A DNA stretch of 64,000 nt from positions 20,092,857 through 20,156,856 of the forward strand of contig OZ316893.1 of NCBI GenBank assembly GCA_973895155.1. The letters are read 5' to 3'. Of the stretch, positions 35,733 through 48,781 are shown one piece after another; positions within the stretch are counted from its first letter, which is position 1, and every line of letters begins with the position of its first letter. The DNA comes from Marsupella aquatica. Lineage: Eukaryota; Plantae; Marchantiophyta. The position numbers were made by a program, and so were the translations under genes. The notes below the pieces were generated by a model. That model ran no database searches. It saw only the letters and a program-made list of their open reading frames with translations, and was not told the origin of the DNA.

Positions 35733-38642
35733 ATGCAGGGGGATGATGTGGCTCAGGACATGACATTTGATATGCCGCCGACTCGGAAGTCTACCCTGCG
35801 GCAAAACAAGCCCAAAGTTTTGTTAAAAGAGCCCGAAATAGAATCCGAGTCCGAAGAAGATTTTTTGCCTCCCTCGAAGCCTAGGAGACCCTCACGTCGT
35901 TCTTTGGTGAAGTTACCATCCTTGAAATCCGCGGCCGCTGAGAAAGTACCTCATACCCGGGTTACTCGACAAACTATGTATAAGGATACACACAGCAAAG
36001 GCCGAAGGACAGCATCTACTTTAAGGGCGCACGCAAAGAAGGCATCAAAGGATTGCATTGACAACGATGTCATGCAAAGTACTTCTGAAGGTGATGATTC
36101 AGAAGAGTTTCTAGACAGCAGCGAAACGGAACATGGACCGATCTCATGGAGAACTACATACAAGGTCGATGCCACTAAGGTGAATTCTTTATGGATTGTC
36201 GGACCCAATGTTGGGCTCCACTTTTCAAATACATTGTTTGCCGCAATTTAATTATGCCATGGCATGCTCACTCAGAAAATTCATTGCAGGTAGCAAAGCA
36301 GAAGTCTCAACATGGCAATGGAGTGGAGGGCGAGCATTATACCTTGTTTGCAAACGCAGTGGTTTGCAAAGTTGCACCTTGCAGAAATCGAGTGTTTAAA
36401 ACAGAGAGGACCTTTGGCAACCATGTTTTCAAAAAGCATGGGCTGATATCAAGTGGGACTTCTATGTCCTTGTATGCCCTTGATAGCGAGTCCGAAGAAA
36501 GACGTCAGCTCTACAATGCAAGGAGGAGGAAGCAGCCAGGCGCGGTTGTCTGCACTTCATACTATGAGGCCAGGGGATCCATGAGAGCCAGGTGGAGCCA
36601 AGCAAAGTATAGAATGAGGTAAATCTGACACAAATTACTCATCCACATTGTGTAACATTTCTGACATCATCCACACTAATGCCATTCGAGATTTGTGTAA
36701 GGTGCATTTCTGACATTAATCAGACTATTGCCATTCTGGATTTTCTTGGCATGCAGGGCCAGTATATTCAAACGCTGGGTGACTAATTTCGAAGACAACC
36801 TCCTAAAACATCCTCGTCCAATTGTGACAGAGGAAGGATTACTCATTACTCTACTGAAGCATGTCATGCCTAGTCTTGGTTACGACCCTTGGAATAGTTT
36901 GTTGATAGTGAAAGATTTCTCTCAACTGGTGGAGTTGTTGTCTCTATGCCACTCAAGTGCTTCTGTTGGTGCTTGGACTGATACGTTGTTGAAGGAAATT
37001 GAGGCAGGGTTACATTGTCATTTGGACAAACACGACCTCGCGACACTGCATTCTGCAGGGACTGTGCTTGGTGCAATATTTCATAGTGCGTCAGCCACGG
37101 CTAGTCATGCTCCACACCTCACAGTTGCATTGGCAACACATAGAAAATCTATTTGTGAAGATGCAATTGGTTGGCTTAAAAAAAAGAAGGACGTTCTTCT
37201 ATGGGAAACCAAGCACGGATGGGGTCTGTACGAGGTGAAGGCCGAGATTGAGTACCAATCATGGAAAGCTAAGGCAAAACCAAAGAGTTGCGCTACAACT
37301 CTAGGTAATCTTGTGAAGTCATACTCGGCGTTCAAGGGATGCACCGATGCAGAGGCTAGATTGCAGGTATGAATCCTTAAGTATTTACATCCACCTTTGT
37401 AATTTAAGTTGCGTTATCTGAATTGAGCTTCCTTGTATTGCACTGGCAGTAATGTTTTGTTCAACTTGCAGGTTGTAAAGGACAGCGTTTGGATCGACAC
37501 TTCAGATGATGGTGGACCCGCTCCTAAGGAGAAGAGTCGAAAAGCTTTGCGTAACAACAAGGTGAAAAACCCCCAAAAAATGCAGGAAATACCAGCATCA
37601 CTCACAACTGAAGAAGCCGTATCACTCGTGGCAGGTGATGAAGTCCCAGTATTTGATAAATTTTCCCCTCAGCACTTGGCAATTGCCTGACGACCCTGCA
37701 ACAAGTCAGTGGATCCAAAAACAAGACCGTCTAGAGGAAGAGCAGGCGGAGTGCAAGCGAAAGAAGATGGAGGAACAAGAACAGGCAGACTTCAAACGTG
37801 CGAAGATGGACGAATTTCTCCAGCAGGATGCACTTGCAATTGCAGTTTATCATCCACGTAGTGGTGCCGGTTCTGTTCTTGAACCAAATTGGCCATTGCA
37901 TTCAGACAGTGTCAATGACACCTTCGAAGCACCCATTCCAAGCAATGATGACAATTTCAGCCCGCCAGAAGAAAACCGGAGAACGGACCTTGCTCAACAA
38001 CGGGTTTGGATTGTTCACCCGAATGGAACAATCAATTGCAATGGGGACATTGATGATTGCGTTTTGCCCGAGGCCCACCAAGGAGGGAATGATGTTGGGA
38101 ATGATGTGGAGAATGATGGAATGGATTTGGCTCATCACCCACTTGCTTTTTCTGCTTGTATTGGATTATGCTCGTTGTCACAATTGCCACTCCCGGAGAA
38201 AGAAGCCAAGCTATCCTACAAAGTGAGTGAAGCGCATGCAACAATGGTTGGGGATAGCTGCAGTGAAGATGTTGTTTGTCCTGTGGGGGGGACTTCGCCT
38301 CTGTCACATGTCCCACCCTCAATTGTGGTGTCAGAAGACCAGCCCCAAACTTTTCCCAACAGTACAGCATTTGTGGATGGTCTGTGTGATAATGTGCAAG
38401 CCTTGTTCGCAACTAGTCAGATTCGAAAGATCCTAGATGAAATGGCTGATGGCATTGATAGTATATTGAGAGAAGAGGTGCCACTCTCGGACATGGTACT
38501 TGATCTGTTTCCAAGTTGCCCGGCCTTGTCCTCTGAATGTCACGAGCTTGTACCTCATGTGGGCAATGCAAATCCGATACATGATTGTGCTGAAGATGTC
38601 GTGCTTAAACTAGGGAGCATTATTGTTGACAATCATTTTTGA
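35733..38642 (+). CDS. Transposon-borne multi-exon gene of unknown function with a C2H2-like finger; probable frameshift near 37680
   Basis: Successive long ORFs bounded by GT/AG (about 35733-36179, 36290-36618, 36756-37366, 37472-38642); CKVAPC...FKTERTFGNHVFKKH. Confidence 0.5.
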
Positions 38643-39264
38643 ACAGTGTCACTGTTACTTAGGCAATTTGAAGAACTCTGCAAATGTTGTACAGTGTGCT
38701 CTTGGCATACATAAAGCATTTTTCAGTTGTGCAGATTGTATTTGCAATGTATTTCACAGACCTGGAAAAGTGTCCAAACACTCTTAACATATTAGCAGGG
38801 ACAAACATTATCCTTGCATTGCCGAGTGTAAAATTATTGTATTGCATGCAATGTTAGAAATTTCGGATGGGTTTAAAGCTTCAAATTGAATGAGATGACC
38901 CGTGTTATTGTACACAACAATACAAGCCAAGTACCGAAAATGTCCAATGTCCCGACTCAGGATCCTTCACCTTGAACACTTCAACCCAGTGGATTGCCAA
39001 GATTCACTAAAATTTGGAATGGTCGGCTGGAACAACACATCCTTTCAAATACACTGTGTGTGCACAATTGACTATTCAGCATAAACCTCGTTTTGCAGTG
39101 TGCGAATTTCATAGCGCGGGTGCAACAATTTGCACCAAAGTAGCGCAGGTACATCATACCAGATAGAATGAAATGTCCACAGGACTTTACTGATGATTCA
39201 AAATCGGATTGAAACATTGTATAATGAAAACTTGGAACATTATGTGCCATACTAATAAACTATT

Positions 39265-42200
39265 CTAATCTGATATAGACACAATTTTGCCATCCGGTAT
39301 TGAGGTGGGGACAGTAATATCACGTTTCGCACCAGCAGAGAAGGCATCCAAAAGTTGAGTGAAATTGGGAGACATCGCCCACGTTTGGCTACATCCAATT
39401 TGGATGCTACCAATAACTTGAGATTTCCTAGGAGTCAGAGGTTCACTTAACACCGACGACTGCGAGCAAGCTTTGGCCACTTCATGAGCAGGGTATGGAG
39501 GAGCAACGCGGCTCTTCCTTTGTTTTGATGGTTGTTGTGTACGCGTATTAGTGGTGGATCGTTGTATTGCAGTACTTGGCTTGCATTTTTCGGACCTTCC
39601 CCGTGGTTTCTTTGGCGCTCCCGGTGTGTCTCGTACAAACCCTGCACTCCACGACACCACAACTAAATATGCAGTGACATAAATCATCGTCATGCCATTG
39701 AAATAAACAAAAGGCAACTCACCTTGTTTTGCGTTCATCGCTTGTGATGTGTAATCCTTGTCGTTCACTGCATCCAGCATGCCCTGCAGTGCATCAACAG
39801 CAAGCTTGTCAAATTTTCCTTGGAATGATACGGGTCTGCCCTTTCTCTTTATTTGCAGTTTTTCGGGGGCATTATGCTGCATCATTGGGGCGTTGGCATC
39901 CGCTGTGTCCGTCACATTTGGTTTCCTCTTCTGCCTCCCCTTCATTCATGAGCTTGTCAACCCATCCAGGTTTGGGGACGGTAGAGATGTCGGATTGTGC
40001 ATTTGGAACTAGCGCCTCCAATGGACTTGAATCCCGTTCCAACCTGGTTACATTCTGTTGTGCTTCCCTAGTTTGCAATGACTCACACCAAACCTTCAAC
40101 TCTTTCAGGCCCTGTATTGCCAGTGATGGGCGGTATGAAATAGTCTCATAAGCTTTATTGAGAACACTTATGAACTCATCCAGTGGAGGCAAGACAGGAG
40201 CCAAATCAACCTGGGCAGGTTCTTCCTCCCAGAATTCCTCGTCGTCATAGGAAAGAGTTACATCTCCAACATTGGTAATTGGGGCTTGGTCCCCATTGTG
40301 AATGTTCTGGAAGACATCGAGCCCTCCACAAAAAGTACCAAGCTTTGTACCAAGTTGAGTGAGAACATCCAATTGAGTCATGGTGTTTGTCATGAGAAAC
40401 ACCTTAATCTACACAATATATGAGACAAATTAGTAAATTGCACATCATTGGCAGAAGTGATGAGACGTACAGAAAACTGGAAAAGTGGCCAATTGGAGCG
40501 GAGGTTACCTGGTGCTTGCAAGCATTGCCCTTGACTGAAAATCCGCAGGTACAGGAACATGAGTCGTCATTCCAATCTGTGACAACATGTTCTTTCATCC
40601 CACTGTATTTATCTGAAGTACTTTTTACAGATGCACACTTGCTTTTTCCAGAATCAAAAAGTGTGACAAAGTTATCGGGGATCCGGACGGCTCTATTCAT
40701 GCATTTGTGTACATGGTGCTCTACAGTCTTGTTTCGGAGGCGTCCCTGGAATTTGTCCGCGGACATGCACCAATAGTGGTTTTCAATAGCTTTCAACTTC
40801 TCAACCAACCATGGGATAGTCCTTCCATTGATGGTACTTTTATCAGCCTTCAATTCCACTTTGAGAGTATGGTGCCATCTCTCAATTCCACCATTAGTGT
40901 TCTGATTAGAGTGTCTGTACAATCTTACTTTCACAGCCCAACGATTTATCTTTTCATGCCACTCCCTCTTGTAGTAAGCAACAAAAGTTGGTTGAGTCTC
41001 CCTCCATCGGTCCATAAAAGATTGAGACTCTGCTTGAAGGTCTGCGCAGGAATACAGGAAATAATTATGCATTTGTTCAGGTGTTTTAAGATGCACAAAC
41101 CCGGACAATTTTGCTTTCAATGGAATTGAAATAGAACATGAAATTGAAATAGAACATACCTGTTCCATCATAATACATCAAGGTCCCAAGGTTTGCATTG
41201 ATTTGAGCCTTTGCAAATGGACAAAAAACCTTCCAGATGATATTCTTGGTCCAGGCCCTCCTCACATGCCACGTACAAAAGGTGATGGGAACATTCGGGA
41301 AGACATTGCTGCGAGGCAACATGCAAGGCAATCTCGATTAACAAATATGTGGATGTCGATAATGAAATAGAATGAAATCAGAGGCAATTTTGGGGCTGGG
41401 AGCATTACGTTATGGCAATTTGCTCCTCATCTACGACATCAATCATCCAACAATTTGGCTGCCATGGAACGTCGTTGCCCATATCTGATCAATCTCTTCT
41501 GGTTTGCAGCTCCTTTGAGGTTTATCAATACTGTAGTGACTTGCACTGCTGTGTACCTCTGGAGGACTGCAAATGCAACAGGGATTGCATTCTGAAATTT
41601 GTCGAACACCACAACGGTGTAAAATGGGAACTGCACATTGGAACAATTCAAAGCAGAAATCAGGCATTGTGGTTGTGTTAATCCGGTCAGCACGGATGGA
41701 ATGTTGGAAAACCTACATTGTATAGTATGAATAATATTTACCCCACAATGATTCGTGCCAAATGTGGCATCGAAGCCCACAGCACCGTCGTGACCAAGCT
41801 GAGCCAACTTTTTCCTTTGCCAATCGGTACACAATGCCAAGATGAAGGGTTGGTCGTCAGATTTTACTTGGGGCTGGTAAAACAATACATCTGACTTGTT
41901 TTGTAGGACCCAATTGTGAACACCAGTTGCGTCGTCTGTAGTGTAAAATGGCTGTCTTCGACGCATTGCCTCTCTCACTGTCCAAATGTCTTTTGGCGTG
42001 AGTTGCATGTCTCTGCTAAATATAACGTCTGCATCCGAATCTGGGTGATCTTTTCGCCATTTCACAGCAACCTCATCAAAGTGCGCCTTGATAATAGCCT
42101 TCGCTGACAACCCAGCTCTTAAATATCGTTCTAGTTTAGCCCTTAGTTTGATGGAAATGCGAGGGGCTATGTGGCAGTTTGCTGCATATGCGGATGTGTC

Positions 42201-43311
42201 CTCCAAACCGTGGCAAATGAGCCCATCTCTGTCGCGGTGCTCCCGATGTACCCAATGTATGAGGAGAACATCCGGACACTGTACAAATAGACTTGCTGAG
42301 AAACTGCATCGGCACCCTCGCTTCATGGAGTGGCCTACAAATATAAAGACGCGGTTTAGGGGATTCTGACAACACAGAATGTTCATGTTCAAATACACTG
42401 TTTGTGAGTCATGTTCAAATACCTTTGTCCTTCAATCAAAAAAGCAAATACATTGTCCTTCGTGTCCTGCCACACAATTTTTCAGAAATATTCCAAACCA
42501 GACTTGCAGAACGTGATGTGCATGGGGACATGGAGAAACATTTACCTGTGATAGTTTTCTTTTTGAGGTAGACGCCCCCTTCTTTGCAGCTCAGGTTCTC
42601 TGGAACTTTGTTTCCTAGGACATCCTTCCAACGGCGCTTGTCTTCTGGGCCAAAGCAGCAATTGTACCAGGTGACCGTCTTCTGAAGAGGCCCGACTCCA
42701 TTTATCTTATGCTCATGGGATTTGCGAACGGAGAATTGTGTATGGAAACCCTGTCTCATGTTTTCTCCCCAAATAAAGTCATTCAATCGGTTCTGAGGAA
42801 TCCACGCAAAGTCTGCCCTTGCCCCAAACCATTGCAATTTTGTAGCATCGAATTCACCCAGGGGAGGATATTGAATTCTGTCACACTTATAATTCTCATG
42901 AAAGCACTTCTTCAGTTGCGGAATGGGCCGATCACAGTCACGAGACTCACTCTTCGCTCCAGGCTTGACTTTCATTTCAGTCTCGATCGTTGGAGTGAAT
43001 TGCTCACCTTGTTGATTTTCCTTGTCCCTTTCTACAAACTCTTTCTCCCGTTGTAAATTCTGCACATTGGACTCCAATGGTGGTTTTCGAATAGAGTTGT
43101 TCATTGCGTCCCGAAAAACCTGCATCCTCTCTTGCAGGTCTGCAAAAGTCAGCGGCCCTCTAGTGGAAGCTTGAGCTTGGACTTCAGCTGTCTTCGGCAA
43201 TAAATCTTCGACCACAAGTGTGCTACGCCCCGTGCTTGAAGGATCCACATATTTCTCGTTGTCATCCCTTCCCAGCTCATTAGGTGCCATATCAAGATCC
43301 TCAAACTCCAT
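39265..43311 (-). CDS. MULE-type transposase with SWIM finger, multi-exon, apparent frameshift near 41490
   Basis: KRGCRCSF...HREH; FDATFGTN (D1); WMID (D2); CTWHVRRAW (CxxH); NTNGGIERWHHTLK (E); CSCTCGFSVKGNACKH (SWIM). Confidence 0.88.
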
Positions 43312-43390
43312 GGTATCCAGCAATTGCTCGTGCAAAGCACGAACACACACTTACAAATGCGTCGGATTTTGCTGCCACAGAGTGCGCGCC

Positions 43391-43749
43391 ATTGCGACCT
43401 CATGGCGATTTTGAAATCGTAGGGGAGGGCGTATGTTCGTGTTGTGCGGCGACGGGCCGGGGTGTTGTGTGGCGACGGGAAGTTGTGTAGCGACGGGGTG
43501 GAAGTCGCGACGGGAGGGAGGCGTGACGGGAAGGTGCAGGGCCCAGGGCCTTTAGGTTCAGGGTCGGGGCCCATGAGGCGCGGGCTTTAGGGCCTGGGAT
43601 GAGCGGAAGTGCAGGGCCGGTGCAGGGGCGCCTTCAAGGGTGTCCCTGTTGGGGCAGGCGACGTGGCAGCCTAAACTGCCCGAAACCTCCTAATGCCATT
43701 AGCGTACGATTAGGGGCCATCAATGTGCATCGAGATTGAGTCTCGTGCT
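43391..43749 (-). repeat. Right TIR (359 bp)
   Basis: Reverse complement of 33711-34069. Confidence 0.97.
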
Positions 43750-45590
43750 TAGCCTTCTCTCTTATGGTGCAATCAAAAGTTACTCTTGACAGGTCAGGGC
43801 TTAGTGTCTAAAGGCTTGACTCCTCTAGACCATCTAAATGGGGGATAACTAAAGTTGGAGTTGAGGCTGGAAAACAGGGTGAGCATCAGAGGGCCTCAAT
43901 GTCCTAGCTCATACTTGTATCATGAACATGCTATTTTTGCAACCTTTGAGACTTGAACCCAAAGTATTTTCCGAAGATATTACTTAGCTTTAATTTGGTT
44001 TTGTTAAGCAGAGATGACATTTACAATGACAAATCCATGATCATCCAACGCACTAGAGGTGATACAAAGACATACATGATTCACCTCAACTGAGACTACG
44101 TCCATGGAAACACACGGGAACTTACTGAACTCTAGGTTCGTCGACCATACCGAGTCTCTGCAATACAATTGAGATATAGCTAGAGTGAATACAAATTGTT
44201 ATGGAGCTATATCATGACTAATCTAATAAGAAAAAATTGAATGTCACCCGAATGAACATATGATGGTCCAATTACTGGTCGGCATGAAAAAGTGAGCAAT
44301 TTAGGAAGGTATGAAGACATGAGCAAAAGAAGGAAGGCATTAGGACATGATGGTCCAAGTGATGGTCAGCATGGAAAATGGTGGGAAATGGTGTGCCAAG
44401 AAAGATGTGGCCCCACTGATGGTCACCATGGAAAATGGTGGGCAAGGAAAGGAAGCATGAGTTTGCATGGTTGGGGAGAAGAGGGGTTAGAGGTTCATGG
44501 TGGATGTGAGATTAGGAATGAGAGTGTGTAGGGGAGAAGGAAAACAAAGTAAGATGTGAATGGTTGGAGGGGTAAGTGGAAACATCATAGTATTAATTCC
44601 ATTTAGTTTTAGTAAAATTCCCCCAAAAAAACCTAGCATTAAGCATTTGGACCCTGACTTCTCCCCTCACACGTTTCATTATCTACAAGAAATTACATAG
44701 TCAATTCGCCATGCCAGCCAGTTATCCACACGCCTGATCCTGCTCAAGACATTTGTACTGCCTGCTCTGGCTTAGTGCTTGCGACCCTGTCACATTGCGT
44801 AACCTTCTCAACCCTATGTTCAGTCTTGTTTTTACTGAATTTTAACACGATTTGATTCTCAATTGAGCATGTTAAGATAAAAAACATATCCATATCTTTT
44901 CGTGTAGGACATATAGCCAAGTTGAGGACTCATCCGATCCAAGCTTAATTATAGATCCAAAATGGAAAATGCACTCAGTATTTTACGGAAACGCCCAAAC
45001 AAAGTACAATGAAGGGAATTTTACTTCACAGGCTTTTGAGGATTCGAATTATTGCCAACGAACACAACTGCTAACTTCGTTGAAGTTCGGCTGAATTGAG
45101 TGAGCAGGACTTGGCAATCGGGAGTGTAACGGGTTTTGTCCAGCACTTCAGATGATGAATTTGTGTCTTATTTACAGAAGCAACGCAAACACAGTCCATT
45201 TTTCGCGCTTTACCGGTGACAGCTTTTCCATCTGGTAACAACGAGTCCGGATGCCAACCAGTGGAATACTTCATTACAACAAATTGAACTCTCCGGAAAC
45301 AAGTGTTCACCGAATATTACAATTTTATCAAAATACACTGGTCTGTGGTACGTACAGAAAACGCCCCAACTTCTCGGGGGAATTTCTCGTCAACTATGCA
45401 CAGGTAATATCTATCTGTTCATTCCTGCTAAAAATCTGGTCCATGTTAAACACTCAACCGCGACCGCGCAATTAAGAATGGAAGGAACAGTTCGATATCC
45501 CGTCTCTAACTTGTGATTGGTTATCCACTAAAGATAAACATCACGCTGTTGCTAGCACAATTTTGTGTTCCACCTTCTGAGGTGCGATAA

Positions 45591-47498
45591 TCAACACATG
45601 AAACCCCTACATATAGCGCTTGCCGCTAAGATAATCCCCAAGTAAGTGAAGATCACAGCTCTCAGATTTGTCGAAGCCCTTAGCTTGTATGCACCACTGG
45701 TATCTCCCGTTGCAGGAGCTGTCATGGCTGCCAAAACAATTTAACACCTAAGTCAGCGAGGTACACACATTACTTAAAGACAGAAAGTTGTCACGGGAAC
45801 AGTTGAAATAAAGTAGAATGCGACAGCAAGATGAGTTCGAGTCAGCGAGTTTCAAAACTTCGCCTCCATGAAGTCGCGGGAACAGTTCAAGTCAGTCAAT
45901 GCTACAGCAAGAAGAGTACAACGAGTGAGTTCAAAAGCTTGGCTTGAACAGACAGCCCTACAATGCTCTATGTAGCGGGTGTGCCTATGGAGTGCACACC
46001 CGCGAACTACTACATCAACGTAGTGATAGTTTCGATGATGTCTCAAGAGCTATTCCTACAAACATTGCGACTTGCGACACCTTGTAAAGGCTTCGCCGCA
46101 ATAGACACCGCGAATTGGATACTACAGCACTGTTCCGAGACTACCGCGTACAGAGGAAAAACCCATTAGCATTAAGGACAGGGGACCACATGCAACCACC
46201 GCAGAGTCCAATTGCTTTTGCTAGTTGAAGTGCAAAGTACCATAACAGTAAGTTGGTTTCTATCTACTTAACAGCTCGACCTGAACAGCACTGAGAAGGC
46301 CAAGTATTGTTTACCTGGGCCTGATGTAGGGGTTTCTCCAAGTAGAGCTGCAAAATTGGCATACAAGTCAGACAGCTCAGTTCCGAACCTTATGGAGAAA
46401 CACTGCAGTATAAGTCCCAAGCCGAATGTCACAAAAGTTACACAAATGAGCTAGTCTACGGGAACAATGCATTCAAGTGTACAGACGTGCTTGTGTACTA
46501 AGGCTTGAAGCCTACCAAATACGAAGATGAGATGTAGAAGCACATCAAGCTCTTCAAGACATTAAAAGAAGGTCAGCGTTATCAGTTCGACAAAATTTAC
46601 GGAAGGACCGAGTGGATCAGAGAGAAGCAACCAGGGTACGCCCGGGATGTTTGATACGTTCTCACGTGTGACGCCCCTTCCAAAGGAGAGACAATGACAA
46701 TTTCGAAGCTGTTCAGAAAGAGTTCCTAGCTAACAGCCAGCCTCACTAAAGCGTAGTAAACTATCACACTATCACGTCAGTATGGTATGTGCGCAACGTG
46801 TACTAAAAACTGGCTTCTGTAAGTTAGGACTTAAAGAACGAGAGTACCACAGAAACCTTCTATTAGATGAAACATGGAGAATGAGGCAGCCTGATCTAAA
46901 GCAACACTATCGACATTACGTAGTATTTTACATGCGGCGCGGACCGGGGGGCCGGAGGACAGTAACAATCCCCAAAATTAGACACCATCGTCGAAAAAAG
47001 TTTCAATGAAATGTCAAAGCAGCGAACTTAATGCAGGGACGATTTGGTTTTGACATTGCAAAGAAGCACGCGTGCCAAAAACCTTTCCTTTGTCTTTCTT
47101 GCCTGCAGTCTGCACAACATCTTGACATCATCATAGCGAGATCGATATATGTTACCTGGACAGTTGGCTACACTAGCACCCTGTATTTTGCAGAGGGTCG
47201 GCAATTGCCCCGCGAGGTTGAGATTGTAATTTGGGATGATTTGGGTGGTGCTGTCGTTCATGGCGAGCACACACAGGCATTTCGCATCGGTCTGGTGTAT
47301 ATTGAGCACGCCAGTGCAGCAATCGGTACTAGGCGATGAACTTATCCCTGTAACAAACTTGACGCAGCCTTGCAGTGGGACCAGCGCACTCCTGCAATCC
47401 GGGAGAGGAGGAGCAGCTTCCACCGTAAAACTCCATCCTACCACCGCGGTAAACCAGACGCAAAGAACAGTCGCCACAACTCTGCTGATCCCCGCCAT
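45591..47498 (-). CDS. GPI-anchored non-specific lipid-transfer protein (LTPG-type), exons 47156-47498, 46315-46347, 45591-45727
   Basis: Signal peptide, eight-Cys motif C-C-CC-CLC-C-C, spliced Pro/Thr linker ALLGETPTSGPAMTAPATGDTSGA and hydrophobic tail VIFTYLGIILAASAI. Confidence 0.88.
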
Positions 47499-48004
47499 TG
47501 CTCTACACGGATTCGATTGAAGTCCCCGGTTGGACAGAACCACAACAATGAGTGAGTGACATGACCTACAATGTCGATTTCAAAGTTCCACCAGCACGGG
47601 ACGGACTAGACGAGAACTATCACGCGTGATCGATATCGATCGATCACACTCAGCACGTGGGGTTCACACGACGAATTTATACCAATTTAAACTCAAGTGC
47701 TGAGCTACTGTAACCATTGGTGACAGGCGACTGTAGCAGGCACAAAATGATAATGTGAGCGCAAGTCGGGATTATCACCGTCGGATGAAATAACTGTACC
47801 AGCTTACACCTGCAATTTAGTACACGTTACGCACGTACCATACTGACGTGATAGTGTGATACCTCAGACGGCAGCCGGGCAGCGAGGTAATTGTACTCGC
47901 TGTCAATGCAGTTGCCATACACGGGCGCGTACCGTATTCTTAGACCTTCCCAAATGAAGCCAGTAACGTTCCCCACAAAGAAACACTTCTGTAAGACACA
48001 TTTA

Positions 48005-48241
48005 CACAGTCTGTACACGCGTTGCCGGAGGTCACACAAGATATTGCGAAATTTACGTTACGACACCGAAGTACCAAATCTCTTGTAAACTGTCTGTACA
48101 CGCATTGTAGCAAGTCACAAGGTACTGCGACATTTACGCTACGAGCCGTAACTACCAAATATGCATTCAAAGCGAAGCATTGTAGCGAGTCACAAGGTAC
48201 AGTACTGCAATTTTCAGTTTATGACACAGAAGTACCAAATG
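48005..48241 (+). repeat. Three degenerate ~70-80-bp tandem units upstream of the LTPG gene
   Basis: Recurring (gtctgtacacgc)attgtagc.agtcacaaggta...taccaaat. Confidence 0.65.
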
Positions 48242-48674
48242 TGCGTTCAAGGTGGTAGGTATGCATTTAAGACCAAATATCACCGTCACCTGACACGGCC
48301 TTCTTTCATGATATGACCGGGTCTAATTACCGTTGCGGCGTAAGCTTCTCGCACATTATTATTGAAAATCTATGTACTTGAGACAAGATTTTAAGTAATA
48401 TTTGCGAAGGAAAGAAGGTTGGAAAAACAGATTCAATGCATAATTTAGTAATAAATATTTTGAGCATTTTGATGTCAGTGCTTACATTTTTTAAAAGTAA
48501 AAACTGAATTGTGGAGTAATTATTTCGGCCGCTGCTCTATCCTTTGGAAAGGTTAATTTATTAAGGTTTGGCTTATTGTATGCGCCGCTCGGACCTGACA
48601 GTCCTTATGGTGGACATGCGGTCAATCCCAAGTTCCCAACGGGTCTTGAAGTCTTCAGTCACTCACTTTTGAGG

Positions 48675-48781
48675 ACATTCATCATAAAATAGTTGTACGT
48701 TTAGAGCACATTCATCATAAATATAGTTGTACGTTTAGAGCACATTCATCATAAATATAGTTGTACGTTTAGAGCACATTC
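48675..48781 (+). repeat. Minisatellite, 3 x 33-34 bp
   Basis: acattcatcataaa(t)atagttgtacgtttagagc repeated three times. Confidence 0.95.

Larger units (their letters stand above)
33711..43749. mobile_element. Mutator-superfamily-like DNA transposon, 10 kb, long TIRs, three convergently arranged genes
   Basis: 359-bp TIRs, TA on both flanks, and an internal DDE/CxxH/SWIM transposase. Confidence 0.92.

Noticed and set aside
48675-48781. 33-34-bp repeats resembling a CRISPR array
   Set aside because: The units are head-to-tail with no spacers, in a eukaryotic context.
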